DNA of 63,831 nucleotides, the filler included, from Octopus bimaculoides (lineage: Eukaryota): the NCBI RefSeq assembly GCF_001194135.2. It is 9 parts of 7 records of this genome, joined end to end, with 100 filler letters (N's around TTAATTAATTAA, not from the genome) between each part and the next. Parts side by side here need not be neighbours in the genome. Positions count along the whole stretch, not along the records: positions 61,889 to 63,831 come from NC_068985.1; 8 more parts are not named here. One strand, given 5' to 3'. The notes beneath the pieces are model-generated. The model was given only the letters and a program-made list of their open reading frames with translations. It made no database searches and was not told the DNA's origin. The translations under genes and the position numbers were made by a program. This document shows, piece by piece, positions 63,132 through 63,831 of this stretch; position 1 is the stretch's first letter, and the number at the start of each line of letters is the position of its first letter.

Positions 63132-63785
63132 CTCCTTCCTTAGTGTCATCTCTTTGTTCTTATCACCACTCTGTAATTATCTAACATTGTGTTCTGGACC
63201 ATATGTATATTGAGTTCTACATCAAGTTATTAGTCTCGCTGTGCCTACGTGAAATATATACGTGTGTGTGGAGAGAGAGAGAGAGTATTGTCACTATATA
63301 TAAATCAGAGTGCACAATCAACGCGCTTTTCATATTAAGGTATATTCACAATACATAATGTACTGACAGACAGACGGTAGATAGATATGTGTGTATGTAT
63401 AGACACACAGGTAGAGGTTATATGGATATGTTGATTCTGCTCGATAATTACGTTTTGGGTACACGTGTCTGTGAAATAGTTATTTACTTGTTAATTCAGG
63501 AGCAAGTAATTCACAGGCTAAGAACAACTGAATCCACAACGTCGAAAGTCGAAAACCCACTAGCTCATGGGTTCTCTACGCGCGCGCGCGCGTTTTGCGT
63601 TTTGCTTGCTATGTGTACAGGAATGGTTTTCAGTGATAAAACATTGAAATTGACTGTGAGTCAACCACTTCAGAAACTTTTCGAAAACTTCCTTGCAAGT
63701 AGTAAACTCAAAAGAAACCCGAAGGAGTGCCTACTATGCCGTTTCCGTAAAGGAATATATAGAATAGATGTTAAGTATTACAAGC

Positions 63786-63831
<46 letters not shown>

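Noticed and set aside
63570-63790. (CG)7 tract and a possible 35-nt micro-exon or ORF at the window end
   Set aside because: Splice-like motifs only, with no supporting neighbouring exons; it cannot be evaluated at the window edge.

Overview
AT-rich animal genomic DNA, very rich in microsatellites and SINEs. The repeat content resembles an octopus (coleoid cephalopod) genome, but that is an inference. It is a gapped scaffold with eight artificial N44-TTAATTAATTAA-N44 joins, so adjacency across those points is unproven. I could not support any intact host protein-coding gene; there are only two weak promoter/first-exon candidates near 11.6 kb and 13.7-14.1 kb. Nearly all recognisable coding sequence is decayed transposon: two Tx1-clade LINEs, an RTE LINE with an inverted 5' piece, Penelope-like elements (RT, GIY-YIG, inverted terminal repeats, minimal hammerhead-ribozyme motifs), two restriction-like-endonuclease non-LTR fragments, a mariner fragment, piggyBac-type MITEs and foldback elements. 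There are also at least three tRNA-derived SINE families and a U6 snRNA pseudogene fused to a SINE. The most interesting signals are: (1) a SINE whose ~45-nt 3' tail matches the 3' end of the Tx1 LINE, with both tails abutting the tRNA-like head of a related SINE (possible Tx1-SINE partnership with SINE-head targeting); (2) a two-template insertion inside that LINE; (3) the U6-SINE chimera; (4) a cluster of minimal type I hammerhead motifs, two with a CCGANGA core variant. All alignments and translations were done by eye and no database searches were run.
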